Shown piece after piece: positions 25,439-37,209 of a stretch of 64,000 nucleotides of DNA. The notes beneath the pieces are model-generated. The model saw nothing but the letters and a program-made list of their open reading frames with translations, did no database searches and was not told the DNA's origin. The stretch covers positions 27,280,001 to 27,344,000 of the forward strand of contig NW_026889750.1 in NCBI RefSeq assembly GCF_033153115.1. Direction: 5' to 3'. The first letter of the stretch is position 1. Each line of letters starts with the position of its first letter. Made by a program: the position numbers and the translations under genes. This stretch comes from Saccostrea echinata (Eukaryota).

Positions 25439-25793
25439 CTCAAGATTTGCAGCCACTGATTCCCATTTGGGGCCTTGTTTGACTTTTGCTACGTATGAAA
25501 CATCTTCGTTTCGGAAGAGATATTTTATTCTGACAGAAAAGGTGACGTGTTTTTCATCTTTATCGTCAAACTTCAGTACACTTCTTCCGCTTTTACTGAA
25601 AACTTCATATACATCACAACACGTCACTTCCTGGAAACCAAGCATTATATCTGTTCCTTCTACAATCCTCCGATCTAGCGACCAAGGCCTGCAGCGAACA
25701 TTGTCTTTGAAATCATACATATCCGGATGCGTCACTATAATTCCATGTCCAAGGTCCGTTTCAATCAATTTTACAGCAGGCTTCTCTGTTACC
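25439..25793 (-). CDS. ZU5-ZU5-UPA protein, exon 7 (first ZU5-like domain)
   Basis: ttttcag|G GTA ACA (phase 2) ... CTT GAG|gtggtt (phase 0); core of ORF 25271-25831. Confidence 0.8.
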
Positions 25794-26339
25794 CTGAAAA
25801 TAGCGAACAGAATGCAATCTGAGACAGTCATGTTTGATAACTTTAAAAGGATTAAAATTTAAAGAAGTGGACATTTAATACTCACACACATTCATCAACA
25901 CTGTCTTTGTCGTCATCAGATAATGAAAGCCTTAAAATAAAACCCTCAAAATTAAGTTTTTTGTCTACTGTTGTTACTCTGTCTCAACAAGGCATATATG
26001 AAGTGGACTCTGAATTTTCAAGTTAATTTAACAAGGGTAGTTTGTGAAAAAGCTTTCTCGTTCAGTATAAGTAGTTAGAATACATTTTATCCGTTATATA
26101 GGGGAGGACGTTTGCTTTTGCAATTTGTTTTTTTAAATAAAACAAACGAACAACCTATCCTCACATTACATCTATAAATTTATTAAGATGCACCATACTA
26201 GTAAGTAAGGTTTACAGGCTTAGAGAAGAAAATGGACAAACTTTAAAATGTACTAATGTAATGTGAACCACGAGCAGGGAGTTCCCACGTTTTCCCTATA
26301 TATAACCTTGTAAAAAAGAAAAAGAGAGAAAAACCATAC

Positions 26340-26444
26340 ACTTCTTCTATAGAAATATCAGCATCCTTCCCTCCCGTCTCTCTCTCCCAAGACTGATTGA
26401 AGACAACACCAGCCATGTTTTTTCGAGGTGTCGCGGGTATTATG
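26340..26444 (-). CDS. ZU5-ZU5-UPA protein, exon 6
   Basis: ttacag|C ATA ... GAA GT|gtatgg, 105 nt, phase 2-2, open (IIPATPRKNMAGVVFNQSWERETGGKDADISIEE). Confidence 0.6.
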
Positions 26445-26477
26445 CTGTAAATTACAAGTATGTTCACTTTACTCACA

Positions 26478-26557
26478 ATCCGAAATAGATTTAATTACTA
26501 GTAGGAATTATTTTATCATAAAATAAAATTCCTACTAGTAATTAAATCTATTTCGGA
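26478..26557. repeat. ~80-bp near-perfect palindrome
   Basis: ATCCGAAATAGATTTAATTACTAGTAGGAATT ... AATTCCTACTAGTAATTAAATCTATTTCGGAT. Confidence 0.9.
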
Positions 26558-26672
26558 TAAAATTTTTATGTCCTTATCTCATGCAGTGATTTAATGCATA
26601 CTTTGAAAAATAATAAAGTCATACTGATCAGAGAAGCTGGACAAAGATTTGAATTCTTCAATAAAGTGCATA

Positions 26673-26880
26673 CCGTAAATCACTTTTAATTCGCGAGAAC
26701 TTTATTTTCGCATAACTGTGCGAGATTGTATACTCGTGAAAATTTCATTCTTGCGTATATAAGTATTTCTAAAGATTATATAGACCAATAACCACAATTC
26801 GTGAAAAAATTGTCATGCTAATAAAGAGTAAATGACTATCTCGCGAAAATAAAGTGTCGCGAAAATTTAGTGATCTACAG
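26673..26880. mobile_element. Tc1/mariner-type MITE
   Basis: TA|CCGTAAATCACT ... AGTGATCTACAG|TA with internal TCGCGA motifs. Confidence 0.7.
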
Positions 26881-27931
26881 TAACTATCTTAGCTATTTGG
26901 ACATTCTTTCTTACAGAAATGAAGAAACAATTGTGGCCCTTTCTTATTTGAGAACCTGCTAATCATTCCACAGGCCTTTGGATGGCCTTAATTCGACTGA
27001 CAAAAAAAGTTTTGTCAGTCGAATTAAAACGATCCTAGGGCCTCTGGACCATTCTTAAATGTAGTGTTGTGATTTAGGATAAGGCACAGGCCTGGGTTGG
27101 GTGCGTGGGGAAGGTACAAGTCGAATTAAAACGATCCAAAGGCCTGTGGGACAAGAGAAACAAATATGTAAATGGGGAGTGAAAAATGGCAATTCATGTA
27201 GCTGGTCTTTAAAATCTGTGCTGGTTTGTATGCGACCCAGAAGTAATACAGACTATATATATTGTCACCAATAGTGGAATTCAGTGACTGAAAAATACAT
27301 GTATGGTGTAGCTGTATAGATTAAGCAACATATAAATGTATTGTATACAGGTCAAGGTAGTACCAGGTGAATTTTTTTTCTTGAATTTAAAATACCTTTT
27401 AAGGATCATGTAAGTGAATATTAGGACAGGTTTGGTAGCTTGGAAAACAATCGAGCTGACAGGATGTACACGTTTTCACACACACACACACGCACACACA
27501 CTCCATATAACGGTAGAATATTGGCACGAACATTTTGGAGTCTTTAATATAGTGGGATGTACTCATACTATGGGTACTTAACAAAATTCATCTTATTTCT
27601 CATAGAGTGATAATACTAAAGCCATTACTAATCGTTGATATATATAAAGTCTCAATCCGACACCTTAGCAATCCAGTACGGTACGCTGGGATTTCTAAAC
27701 TAAAAATATGGTAAATTAAATTTTACCACTTTGAGAAGACAACAGTTGATTGGAAACAAAGTATTTCAGCAAGATTTAACAATTCAATATTCTATCTTTA
27801 ACCCCGCCTCATTTGTTTAATCCCACATAATCATCATTTCCTACAAAAACAACCTATAACTTAGGTTTCATTGTACATGTATTTAACAATTTGATGTACT
27901 GTCATGACTACTCTCTACATTTGGATAATAC

Positions 27932-28009
27932 CTTGTGGTGTAGTATCCTTGATTCACGGGTGCTTGTGCTTCTTTTACCGGTTCCAAGGTGCCCGAGAAA
28001 GTTCCGGAC
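27932..28009 (-). CDS. ZU5-ZU5-UPA protein, exon 5
   Basis: ctcatcag|G TCC ... ACA AG|gtatta, 78 nt, phase 2-2 (SGTFSGTLEPVKEAQAPVNQGYYTT). Confidence 0.7.
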
Positions 28010-28259
28010 CTGATGAGAAGCAAATTTAGTATTATAATTCAGTGCCCCTCAAAAGTGGTCATACTTTTATGTAATACTCTCAGGTACTAGTATACATCCA
28101 TAACGCTTAAAATTGTCCCTATTTTTGCCTTTATTATATGTGTTCAAACAAACTTAGGTACTTTTATTTATTTGTTCACCGTGCAGTTTTGCTCTTTTTT
28201 CTTTTATCGAAAAAGAAACAAACTTCTTTTAAAAAAAAAATTCTCCCTCATATTTTTAC

Positions 28260-28337
28260 CTCGGTGTAAAAGTTACTTCTCTCGCGTATCTTCTAATAAC
28301 AGGTGATCTTGGACTGGAATCTTCTTCATCACTCAGA
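28260..28337 (-). CDS. ZU5-ZU5-UPA protein, exon 4
   Basis: ctttcaag|T CTG ... CCG AG|gtaaaa, 78 nt, phase 2-2 (LSDEEDSSPRSPVIRRYAREVTFTP). Confidence 0.7.
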
Positions 28338-28521
28338 CTTGAAAGAGGCGTATGGTGTTTAATCATTCATTGATTTTGAAATGTTCCAGCTCAAATATTG
28401 AGACATTGTTATCGTTGTAAAAACGGTACATGTTTTACCTTTGACAGTATGAATTATAACTTTTTTTAAATCTGCTAATTTGTCAAGTTTAAGGAGATAA
28501 AGTATTGCTTAAACTCATCAA

Positions 28522-29258
28522 AGAATGGATGCGTACAAGGCGAGGACAATACTCCGCTCTGAGAAAAGACAATGTCTCAATTCTGAAAAGTCATGAAAAG
28601 TTATATTTTTGAAAAATTTTATTGTCAATATCATTTTTTACATATTTGATTTCTTTATTTGATTGAATAACTTATGGATAAAAAAATCTTTTTCAGTTAT
28701 GTTTTCAATGTATGTGAAAAGAAAAAAAATGCTTCAGATGTGATTCAAACAAACCTCCTGGTTCTAAAGGCGTAAGACTAAACGCTTTAATCACTACGCT
28801 ACTAAGTCTTCTTTTCATTAAAGTGTGTCATTTCACTTTAAGTAAACGAATTTGTTGAAGCATTTTTTCCCCATAAATGTTCGATTTTTATATAGAATGG
28901 GTTCAGACTCCAGTGTTTGGAAACATAAATTAGATTTTACATTCATTTTCCCTTCATTTAAACGTTAAAGTACGTGGAGACTTGACCCATTCATATTCAA
29001 AAATTATATTCATTTTTTTATGCATCTAATGAACCCATTTTCCACTAGATATCCTTAACCATCAACTTAAAAAAACAAACAAACAAATTATCAGCCGATA
29101 AGTCAGTCCATAAAATAAATGAATTAAATGTGTTGAGGATGACATTACTGAAAACATAGTTTTTAAAAAATGTGACTGTTCTATGAACTTTGAAAATTAA
29201 TTGAGAAATATTTTGTCTCAGAGCGGGGAATTGTCCTCGCATTGTAGACCCACATTCT
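28522..29258. mobile_element. Kolobok-like non-autonomous DNA transposon
   Basis: Imperfect ~45-bp TIRs (AGAATGG..GCGAGGACAAT.CTCCGCTCTGAGA / TCTCAGAGCGGGGAATTGTCCTCGC..CATTCT), flanks TCAA/TTAA. Confidence 0.7.
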
Positions 29259-29333
29259 TTAAATTGTAATTGAATATATTACATGTAGTAACAACAATTA
29301 AGATTCAGTTGTTCAAGCTTCAAGTTCCTTTAC

Positions 29334-29387
29334 CTGAGTTTTGCTACTTGGGCTTGTGAGTGAAAACGTGGCTCCAATGTATGTGAC
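29334..29387 (-). CDS. ZU5-ZU5-UPA protein, exon 3
   Basis: ttttcag|G TCA ... CTC AG|gtaaag, 54 nt, phase 2-2 (SHTLEPRFHSQAQVAKL). Confidence 0.7.
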
Positions 29388-29459
29388 CTGAAAATAAAGA
29401 ATTTAAAAAAGGCATATACATAGATTTGCAAAAAATTCAATATTTGTATTTTGTGAATA

Positions 29460-29886
29460 GTGATGGGGGTGTCTGTACGTCCGTCCATTACGCCTTGAGG
29501 TACCCATTTCTTATCCGCAAATCCTCCTATACCACTGAATAAAATTTAATGAGACTTTCACAGAATCTTATTACATATGCCATTATGCACCTCCTAACTT
29601 ACTTTTGATCGGACATATACATGCATTTTGGGTTTACCATAGTAAAACATGGACAATGCATTCTCTCAAATAATAGCGGGGGTACCCATCTATTATCCAA
29701 AACTTCTATACCACTGAATAAAATTTAATGAGACTTTCATAGAATATTTATTACACAGTGTCACTGTGCATCTTCTACTTTATGTTGAAATTTGGGCTTT
29801 CCCAAAGCAAAAAATTGGATTTTATCATTATACTCAGATGTGAACGAAGGTATTTTGTGAGCTCATTGCTCACATTATCTCTAGTT
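29460..29886 (-). mobile_element. HINE-like element (same family as 2977-3601)
   Basis: Reverse-complement match: gtgagctcattgctca..ctctagtt and cctataccactgaataaaatttaat.agacttt units. Confidence 0.7.
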
Positions 29887-30299
29887 TTAATTAAAAAAAA
29901 ACAATTTTACAGATCACGATAGATATTGATACAATAAATTTTATCGATAGATATCGATACAATATTGTCATAGTACTTAATCTTGCATATGGTATCCATT
30001 AATTTAAATAATTAATCACAATTTACAAAATAGATGCTGTCATAAAGCAGTAAACTCTAAAATTAGTCTCCTTTTTACCTGCGTAACTGGTGAAGAAAAA
30101 GTTACTACGATAGTTATTCCGTTATTTACAATGTATATAAAATGCCCATCTGAACATGGGCTACATATTAGTGTTTCATACAATAAATTCATTACCAGTC
30201 TAAAAGTTAAGAATTTAATGAAGCATAAATTCTTCTTAAAACTGAATTTTCGAAAGAAAGTTTTGTGAAAAAAAAGGAAAAAAAACTTTCAATGGCCAA

Positions 30300-30920
30300 T
30301 TAGAAAACGTAACCTTTGCTTTTCAACCCCCGAATGATCTCAAACGTGAAAATGAAAATTTTCAAACCTTTATTCTTGCACATCTGCAGGCCACCATATT
30401 TCATTTTCAAAAAGATAACTTGGATACTGCTTAAAATGTAAGAGAAGTTTGAAGAAGCAGATAGTGTGACAGAAGGACGAACGGACGGTCGGACAGACCA
30501 GTATAAAACCCGTATACCCAAACTTTCTTTTGAAAGCTTGGGTTTAAAATTATAATTCAGCTACTTTGAAAAATTAAAGAGGAATTCTGAAACCTTATTG
30601 CACACCTACAGGACACCACCAATCATTTACAAATTTAAGAGGAATTCTGAGAACTACCAGGTTTTTGTTAAAAAAAATGTCGTTAACCAACCCGATTTGA
30701 CCGAAACAGTGAAAACGAAAATTTCCAAACCTTACTGTTCATCAAGAGGAAAATTCCCAAACATAATTGCATATCTACTGGACAACATTTAACGTATTCT
30801 AAAAGATAAACTGGCTACTGCATATTATGTATGAGAAGTTTTAGGAAGAAGATAGAGTGACCGACGGACTGACGGACCAGGATAAAAATATATCTAGACT
30901 TTAAAAAGTGTGGTCATAAC
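30300..30920 (+). mobile_element. Two tandem partial HINE copies (same family as 17333-18040)
   Basis: Two GACGGAC tracts, each followed by a 3' hairpin-like end; shared internal units. Confidence 0.6.
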
Positions 30921-30951
30921 AGATCACACATTTTACACACTTAAATAATAC

Positions 30952-31101
30952 CTCGAATTAGAGGGTCCAGATTTTTCTGTTTTATCACTGTTGTCATCGA
31001 ACAACTCATCTTCATCATCATTATTCTCACTTTTCTTTTCATCTTCGCTAGAGTCTTGTGAAGTTCTTGAGAATTCATCGTCAGAATACGCATCGTCATC
31101 T
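30952..31101 (-). CDS. ZU5-ZU5-UPA protein, exon 2 (acidic, low complexity)
   Basis: tttag|A GAT ... TCG AG|gtatta, 150 nt, phase 2-2 (DDDAYSDDEFSRTSQDSSEDEKKSENNDDEDELFDDNSDKTEKSGPSNS). Confidence 0.75.
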
Positions 31102-31201
31102 CTAAATAAAGTTTATATTTTAATAAAAATCATTATAAAATCCCTATCAGTAAATACATGAACAATGATGCTGACTTTGTCACAAAGGTAAGCCTGCTTA
31201 C

Positions 31202-31266
31202 TGTATTGCTGCTGTGTCTTCCTCAGGTATACTCAGTTTCTCATAATTATGACCACTATAGGCCAT
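31202..31266 (-). CDS. ZU5-ZU5-UPA protein, most 5' coding exon identified
   Basis: GAG ATG GCC (MAYSGHNYEKLSIPEEDTAAIQ) ... CA|gtaagc, phase 2. Alternatively an internal 54-nt phase 2-2 exon using ctatag|T at 31255. Confidence 0.6.
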
Positions 31267-31934
31267 CTCCAAATGTAGGTCAAAAAATATATCATCAGAG
31301 AGAAGAATTTTTAGTCGAAGTGTTTTAGCGCACTACATTTTGGAGTTTTAAAATCTATTGTTTGAGAAATAGGTATCAATTTATCTTCGCTGCGGTGTGA
31401 TTTTTGAATTGCTTAAACGGGTCAACTTTACACACTTTGCTGTATTGTTTTGTTAAATGGTATCTTGATTATTAAAACGTGTTATCTTTGACACTACGTA
31501 ACTGAGTATACATGTACGACACCCATTGGAAATAAACTAAACGTATGGCCATTGTTTACCCTTAGTATGCATTAAAATTCCAAGTAAGTATATAATATGA
31601 AGTTTACGTTAGAAAAAAGCAATACATGTATTCTGTTCGCATATGGCAATATAGGTTAACTACGGTATAATTTACTGTACATGTCATAAACTTAATGTTT
31701 TGTATTGTACATGTCATTGACAAATACCCCAGGTATCTTTTCCCTGTATTAAAGTATGGGTTGGTAAGTATCTTCCTGTTTTGAGCTAAAAAAAAAAAAG
31801 TACAGATGGATTGATGTGTCATGAAGAAGATATTAGGGCCATAAATATATATAAAAAAATTAGAGTGAAGTTCTTAGTAAATCAAAGTATCTACTATAGT
31901 TTTTTTTATAGTTTACGATGTAAACTATAGTTAC

Positions 31935-32127
31935 TGTAAAAGTGGAAAGTTTACGACATAGAAACATTGACGAATAAATGATTATCATCAGAGTTTGCAC
32001 TTGTCAACTTTCACGTTTTTGTTAGAGAGCACTGTTAAAAACTAGTACATGTAGACCGTCAAAGTTTTCACTCGCCATATTTCTATTACAAGGAAACTTT
32101 TAACCCTTCAATATAACCACTTTAACA
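31935..32127. mobile_element. Tc1/mariner-type MITE (degenerate)
   Basis: TA|CTGTAAAAGTGG ... CCACTTTAACAG. Confidence 0.5.
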
Positions 32128-32339
32128 GAAATTTTAGTGAATGTTTGGCAGGGTTTATATCATTTTGATATATATTTTGACAATGTGATTTCAGATTTAA
32201 CACTCAAGATAATTATCAATAATTTGGATGTGTTTTGTCGAAATACAACAGAATCCATAACAATTCTTTAAACTTTAAAAAAAACAAAACAAAACAAAAA
32301 ACAACAACAAACAAACAAAACAAAACAAAACAAACAAAC

Positions 32340-33805
32340 AATGTTTAAAAATCTTTGTTCTAACAAAGGCGACAGTCTGAAAAAAAGAATGTTAATCGGA
32401 TGCTGTGTACGATGAGTTAGATTCAGAGATCAGTTTCGAAGAAATATGTACAGCAATTAAAAAGTTAAAAACAAATAAAAGTTGTGGTGAAGATTGTTTT
32501 GTTAACGAATTGTTCATGACATACTGCGATGAATTGCTCCCACTCTTGTATAAACTTTTAACAATATTTTTAACTCCTATTTATACCCTGAATCATGGTC
32601 AGAATGTTTCATTATTCCATTGTTTAAAAAAGGGGACAATAACTATCGTGTTATATCTATTGTAAGTTGTTTTTGGTAATTTTTTACAAGTGTTCTTAAT
32701 AATAGGATATTAGAATGGGAACATTCCAATGATATATTGACTGATGCACAGTTCGGGTTTCGTAAGGGATTTACAACTACTGATGCTATTTTTGTTCTGC
32801 AATCACTTATAAATAAGTACCTTTCTGCTAAGAAAAGATTATATTGTTGTTTTGTAGACTTCCAAAAAGCCCTTGATTTTGTTGATAGAATAAAATTATG
32901 GCAGAAATTATTTCATTTAAGCATCCAAGGTAAAATGTTAAAGATAATTAAATCTCTATACAATAATGATAAAAGCTGTGTTAAATACAACGGTTGTCTC
33001 AGTGATTACTTTGATTACAGTGATTACAACGACATTGGTTTAATGCAAGGAGAAACATTAACACCGATATTATTTTCGTTATATGTAAATGATTTCGAGG
33101 TTGGTTTTATATCAGATAACTGCCCCTATATTAATTTGCAGATGTTAAACTTATTCATACTCTTGTAGGCAGACGACACCGTTATTTTTTGCTGAATCTC
33201 CAGAAGGCTTACAAAAAATGTTAAACACACTATGCAATTATACTGAAGAATGGAGTCTTTCTGTTAATGTAACGAAAACTAAGGTTGTTTTCTTTAGAAA
33301 TGGTGGTAAATTACGTAATAACGAATCATGGTTCTGTAATAATGCTGAATTAGAAATTGTGAATGAATTTAAATATTAAGGTACTTTATTTAACTTTAAT
33401 GGACAATTTTTAAAACGCAGAAACATGCTGCTGAACAAGGTAGAAAAGTTATGTTTGCTATTTCAAGTAGACTAAAGAGGTATGAATTTAATGTAGAAAC
33501 TCTATGTTCTATATATTTTTGACACTTATGTATGTAGTGTATTACTTTATGGATCTGAGTTATTGGGTTTTCATAGATGTTCTGATGTAGAAAGGGTACA
33601 TTTAAATTTTTGTAAAATACTCTTAATGTTGGGAAGAAAACCTCAAAACAGCTTGATCTATTCAGAGTTTGGGCGTTTTCCACTAGCTGTTACAATTAAA
33701 CTATAAGAATATTTAAATATTGGATCAAATTAAGAACAATAGATAATTGTATTCTTAAGTCTTGTTATGAAAAGATGGTATTACGAAATAACAAATGGAT
33801 AAGAA
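32340..33805 (+). mobile_element. CR1/L2-group LINE reverse transcriptase relic
   Basis: EEICTAIKKLKTNKSCGED, QFGFRKG..TTDAIF, CCFVDFQKA, GLMQGETLTPILFSLYVND, and a YADD motif broken by a stop (TAG GCA GAC GAC); multiple frameshifts. Confidence 0.9.
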
Positions 33806-34514
33806 AAAAGAACTGTCTTTTCTTTTATTGCAGAAAAAAATTACATAACCCGCTTACGCGGGTTATGTATTTTTTCTGCAACAGCTGCGACATTAAATCC
33901 CGTACTAACTATCAAAGAAAGCATTTTATTGTTTAAAGATCCCTCGAATAGTCCAACTCTAAAAATTAAGAGGGGGGGGGGGGATACAATGGGATATAAT
34001 TAATCTACATGTATATTCAAAGATCCTTGATATTGTAATAAAGAAAATGCTTATAAAATGTTTCTACCTTAAACTTTTACTCAAAACAGCTTGATCTATT
34101 CAGAGTTTGGGCGTTTTCCACTAGCTGTTACAATTAAACTATAAGAATATTTAAATATTGGATCAAATTAAGAACAATAGATAATTGTATTCTTAAGTCT
34201 TGTTATGAAAAGATGGTATTACGAAATAACAAATGGATAAGAAAAAAGAACTGTCTTTTCTTTTATTGCAGAAAAAAATTACATAACCCGCTTACGCGGG
34301 TTATGTATTTTTTCTGCAACAGCTGCGACATTAAATCCCGTACTAACTATCAAAGAAAGCATTTTATTGTTTAAAGATCCCTCGAATAGTCCAACTCTAA
34401 AAATTAAGAGGGGGGGGGATACAATGGGATATAATTAATCTACATGTATATTCAAAGATCCTTGATATTGTAATAAAGAAAATGCTTATAAAATGTTTCT
34501 ACCTTAAACTTTTA
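33642..34514. repeat. Near-identical ~438-bp tandem duplication
   Basis: 33642-34079 repeated at 34080-34514; by eye the only difference is poly-G length. CTCA microhomology at the junction. Confidence 0.9.
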
Positions 34515-35469
34515 CTCATTGCGGACAGGAGAAAAGCATCAAGGCATCTTGCAGGGTTTAAAAAAATATCCAGCAACAGTATATAAAAGTGTCAAGTCTT
34601 TAAAATTGCTTATCAACACCAAAATATCTCTCAGTGAAGCGACTGATCGATGATGTAAGTAAATAAACTTTATATAAGCTGTAAATCTCAGTGTTTCTTG
34701 ATTCAAAACTCAAGTTCATCATTAATCAATATGTTTCACAATGCTCCATATTTCAAACTTGTTTTACTTCTCGATCCAGACAGCAAAGTAGACAAATAAA
34801 TATTCAACCTATATTACAATGACTTTCCGTTTTTAATTAATGCTTTTAAATTTTTGTGGCCTTTATTTGGTAATTCATTTAAAAACGGTTTTGCAGAATT
34901 GGGAATATAGATAATTCCTGGCCAAGTCTTTCCTCAGGTGTATATTGAACGTGTCACAGAATGGAAAATTTGAGACTTTTCTCCTACTCAGCTATGACCT
35001 GCTATGTTCTACTCATAGCAGACCATTTTTTTTTTTTTGTAAAAGCAGAAATATTTGTGGGATAAAATTTTGTTGATTCATAATCTAACACGATTTCTAA
35101 TTTTTTTGTTTCATAAAAAGCATTACACTCAGGCCCGTGGCAATGATTTCAAAGAAACGAGAAACTTCAGACGCATTGTGCTATAACATATTCAAGAAGT
35201 GGTTTAAAACAAATGTGGATTATAAAAAAAAACTCCAAAGAACTTTTGGAAAAATTATATGATTTTTCTTCTCTTTATACCACCATTCTTCTTAAAGAGC
35301 AGGCTTTTTGACATCATAGACAACTTCTTCCTCTATAAAAATTTCATATCTTGTGATTGGCCATCTACAAAATTACTTCGTTACATTCTAAATCACACAA
35401 GCACTCATTTCAGCAACCACGTATATAATATAAGGTTTTCGCAAATTCTATGGTCGTATTGTATTAATG

Positions 35470-35925
35470 ATACAAATTGGGAACAGATCAAACATGGACC
35501 TCCAAAACATCAGAGGTAGGATCAGGTGCCATGGAGTAGTAAGCATCCCCTGTGACACCGGCCGTGTGCTCCTTGTCATGATCGGGTAAACGGAAAAAAA
35601 TCCATAGACGATTCAGCTTGAAAATATGGCCTAACAATTTGTATAAAAACATCAGTAAACATTCAACATAACGATAAATGTATTTGCTAACAAGGTCATT
35701 GTATCGATCATAGATTTTAGGAAATGTTAAATTTAAAAAGGACTGTTTATATCCTCGTATCTTCAAATTATTTGTCAGTAGTTTGCCTCGTTTTAGAGAT
35801 TGTTCGTACACAGAGCATGCTTTTGCATATTGAATCAACTGGGAGACATAAACTCCATATGCAGGTGATAATGGTATAATGCTGCAAAAATAAGGGAAGT
35901 TGATGATAGAAAAGTTGAAGTCATA
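35470..35925 (-). mobile_element. Naiad-type Penelope-like element, RT C-terminus plus 3' motif
   Basis: SPAYGVYVSQLIQYAKACSVYEQSLKRGKLLTNNL..GY; followed by the conserved 3' motif. Confidence 0.8.
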
Positions 35926-36092
35926 TGAGAAAATATGATAAATGAACCAATTTTGTTAAGGGAGATTATCCAAATTTCCAGTAATCAATATTAGACTTAG
36001 CAAAAGGAAAAAAATCATGAAAGTGGGCCTGAAAACGCTTCAAATATAAATTAACCAAAAAAGCGTAGTTGGGGCGGAAAGAGGTAACTCAC

Positions 36093-36200
36093 AAACTTGA
36101 AACAACGTCCCTCCTCCAAGGCTATTGATGGAAGAAGAGGCAGAGTGACGCGCTGCGTGGCCGGATTTTTATAGCTGACAGATTTTGATTGGACAATCTC
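36093..36200 (-). promoter_or_regulatory. Promoter-like patch / possible non-coding exon
   Basis: CpG-rich patch, CCAAT box (minus strand, 36188-36192), GTGAGT donor at 36092, GC box GGGGCGG at 36071-36077. Confidence 0.3.
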
Positions 36201-36379
36201 TGCCTTTCTTGACTCACAAATGGTCATTCTCGTACATTACCATATAATATTTCAGACTCTAACAAGAAGGACACGTATTGAAACTGAAAAAAAAATCTTA
36301 AATAAACTAAAAGGTAAAAGTCTTTTAAAGTAAAATATTTACATGAACAAAACCAAAGGTTCAAACTGGAAAATTTAAA

Positions 36380-36950
36380 ATTTTGAACCTCATCCAATAG
36401 ATAATCACCCTAGATGAAGTTCGAAATATACTGAAATTGAAGAATGATAAAAGACCAGGTCCAGATTTGATTTGAGATGAAATTTATAAAAGCAAGTGGT
36501 GTTGCTATTTTATCACACCGAAAAGATTTGAATCTTGCACTTGTTGCATCACTTAACAAAAAGGGTGCTCTAAATTGTACAAACAACTACTGAAGTAAAT
36601 GTTAAACTTATCATTGGAAAGATTTTGCAACAACGGTTGAACTATTTCCTTAAATTTGATAACTTCCAGTCAATATCAGTCTGGTTTTAAGAAAACTAGT
36701 AAAAGTACCAACAATATTTATGTATTAAGGATGCTTACAAACAAATACCTACATGTAATTTATAAAAAGAAACTATTTACCTGTATTGAAGACTTTTCCA
36801 AAATTTGGAAAATTGTTTGCAGATCAGTAGTCTTAAATAAGCTTGGTTTTAAAAAATAAAAGCAGATATGGCAATTTTCTAAAACTCTTATGCAATATTT
36901 TATTGTATACAAATTCTTGCTACTTTTTTTAAAAAAAAGAAGAAACAATC
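36380..36950 (+). mobile_element. Degenerate LINE RT fragment
   Basis: ITLDEVRNILKLKNDKRPGPD, QSGFKK..STNNIYVLRML, LFTCIEDFSK remnants. Confidence 0.6.
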
Positions 36951-36962
36951 AAATGAGTGAAG

Positions 36963-37007
<45 letters not shown>

Positions 37008-37209
37008 ATATAGAGGTGTCAAAGAGAAAACCTCTGGCATATAGAGGTATCAAAGAGATGCAGCCATTTAGATTCGATACTCATTAGCCACATGTTTTGT
37101 TGTTAATCTTATATATTCAAATTTTGTATCAGAGACATATACTGCTTTCAGACATTTACTGGTTTGCATGTATTTTAATAAGTATCTTATAAATCTTGTA
37201 AGAAATACG

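Noticed and set aside
25467-25862. 131-aa plus-strand ORF
   Set aside because: Antisense shadow of the real exon at 25439-25793.
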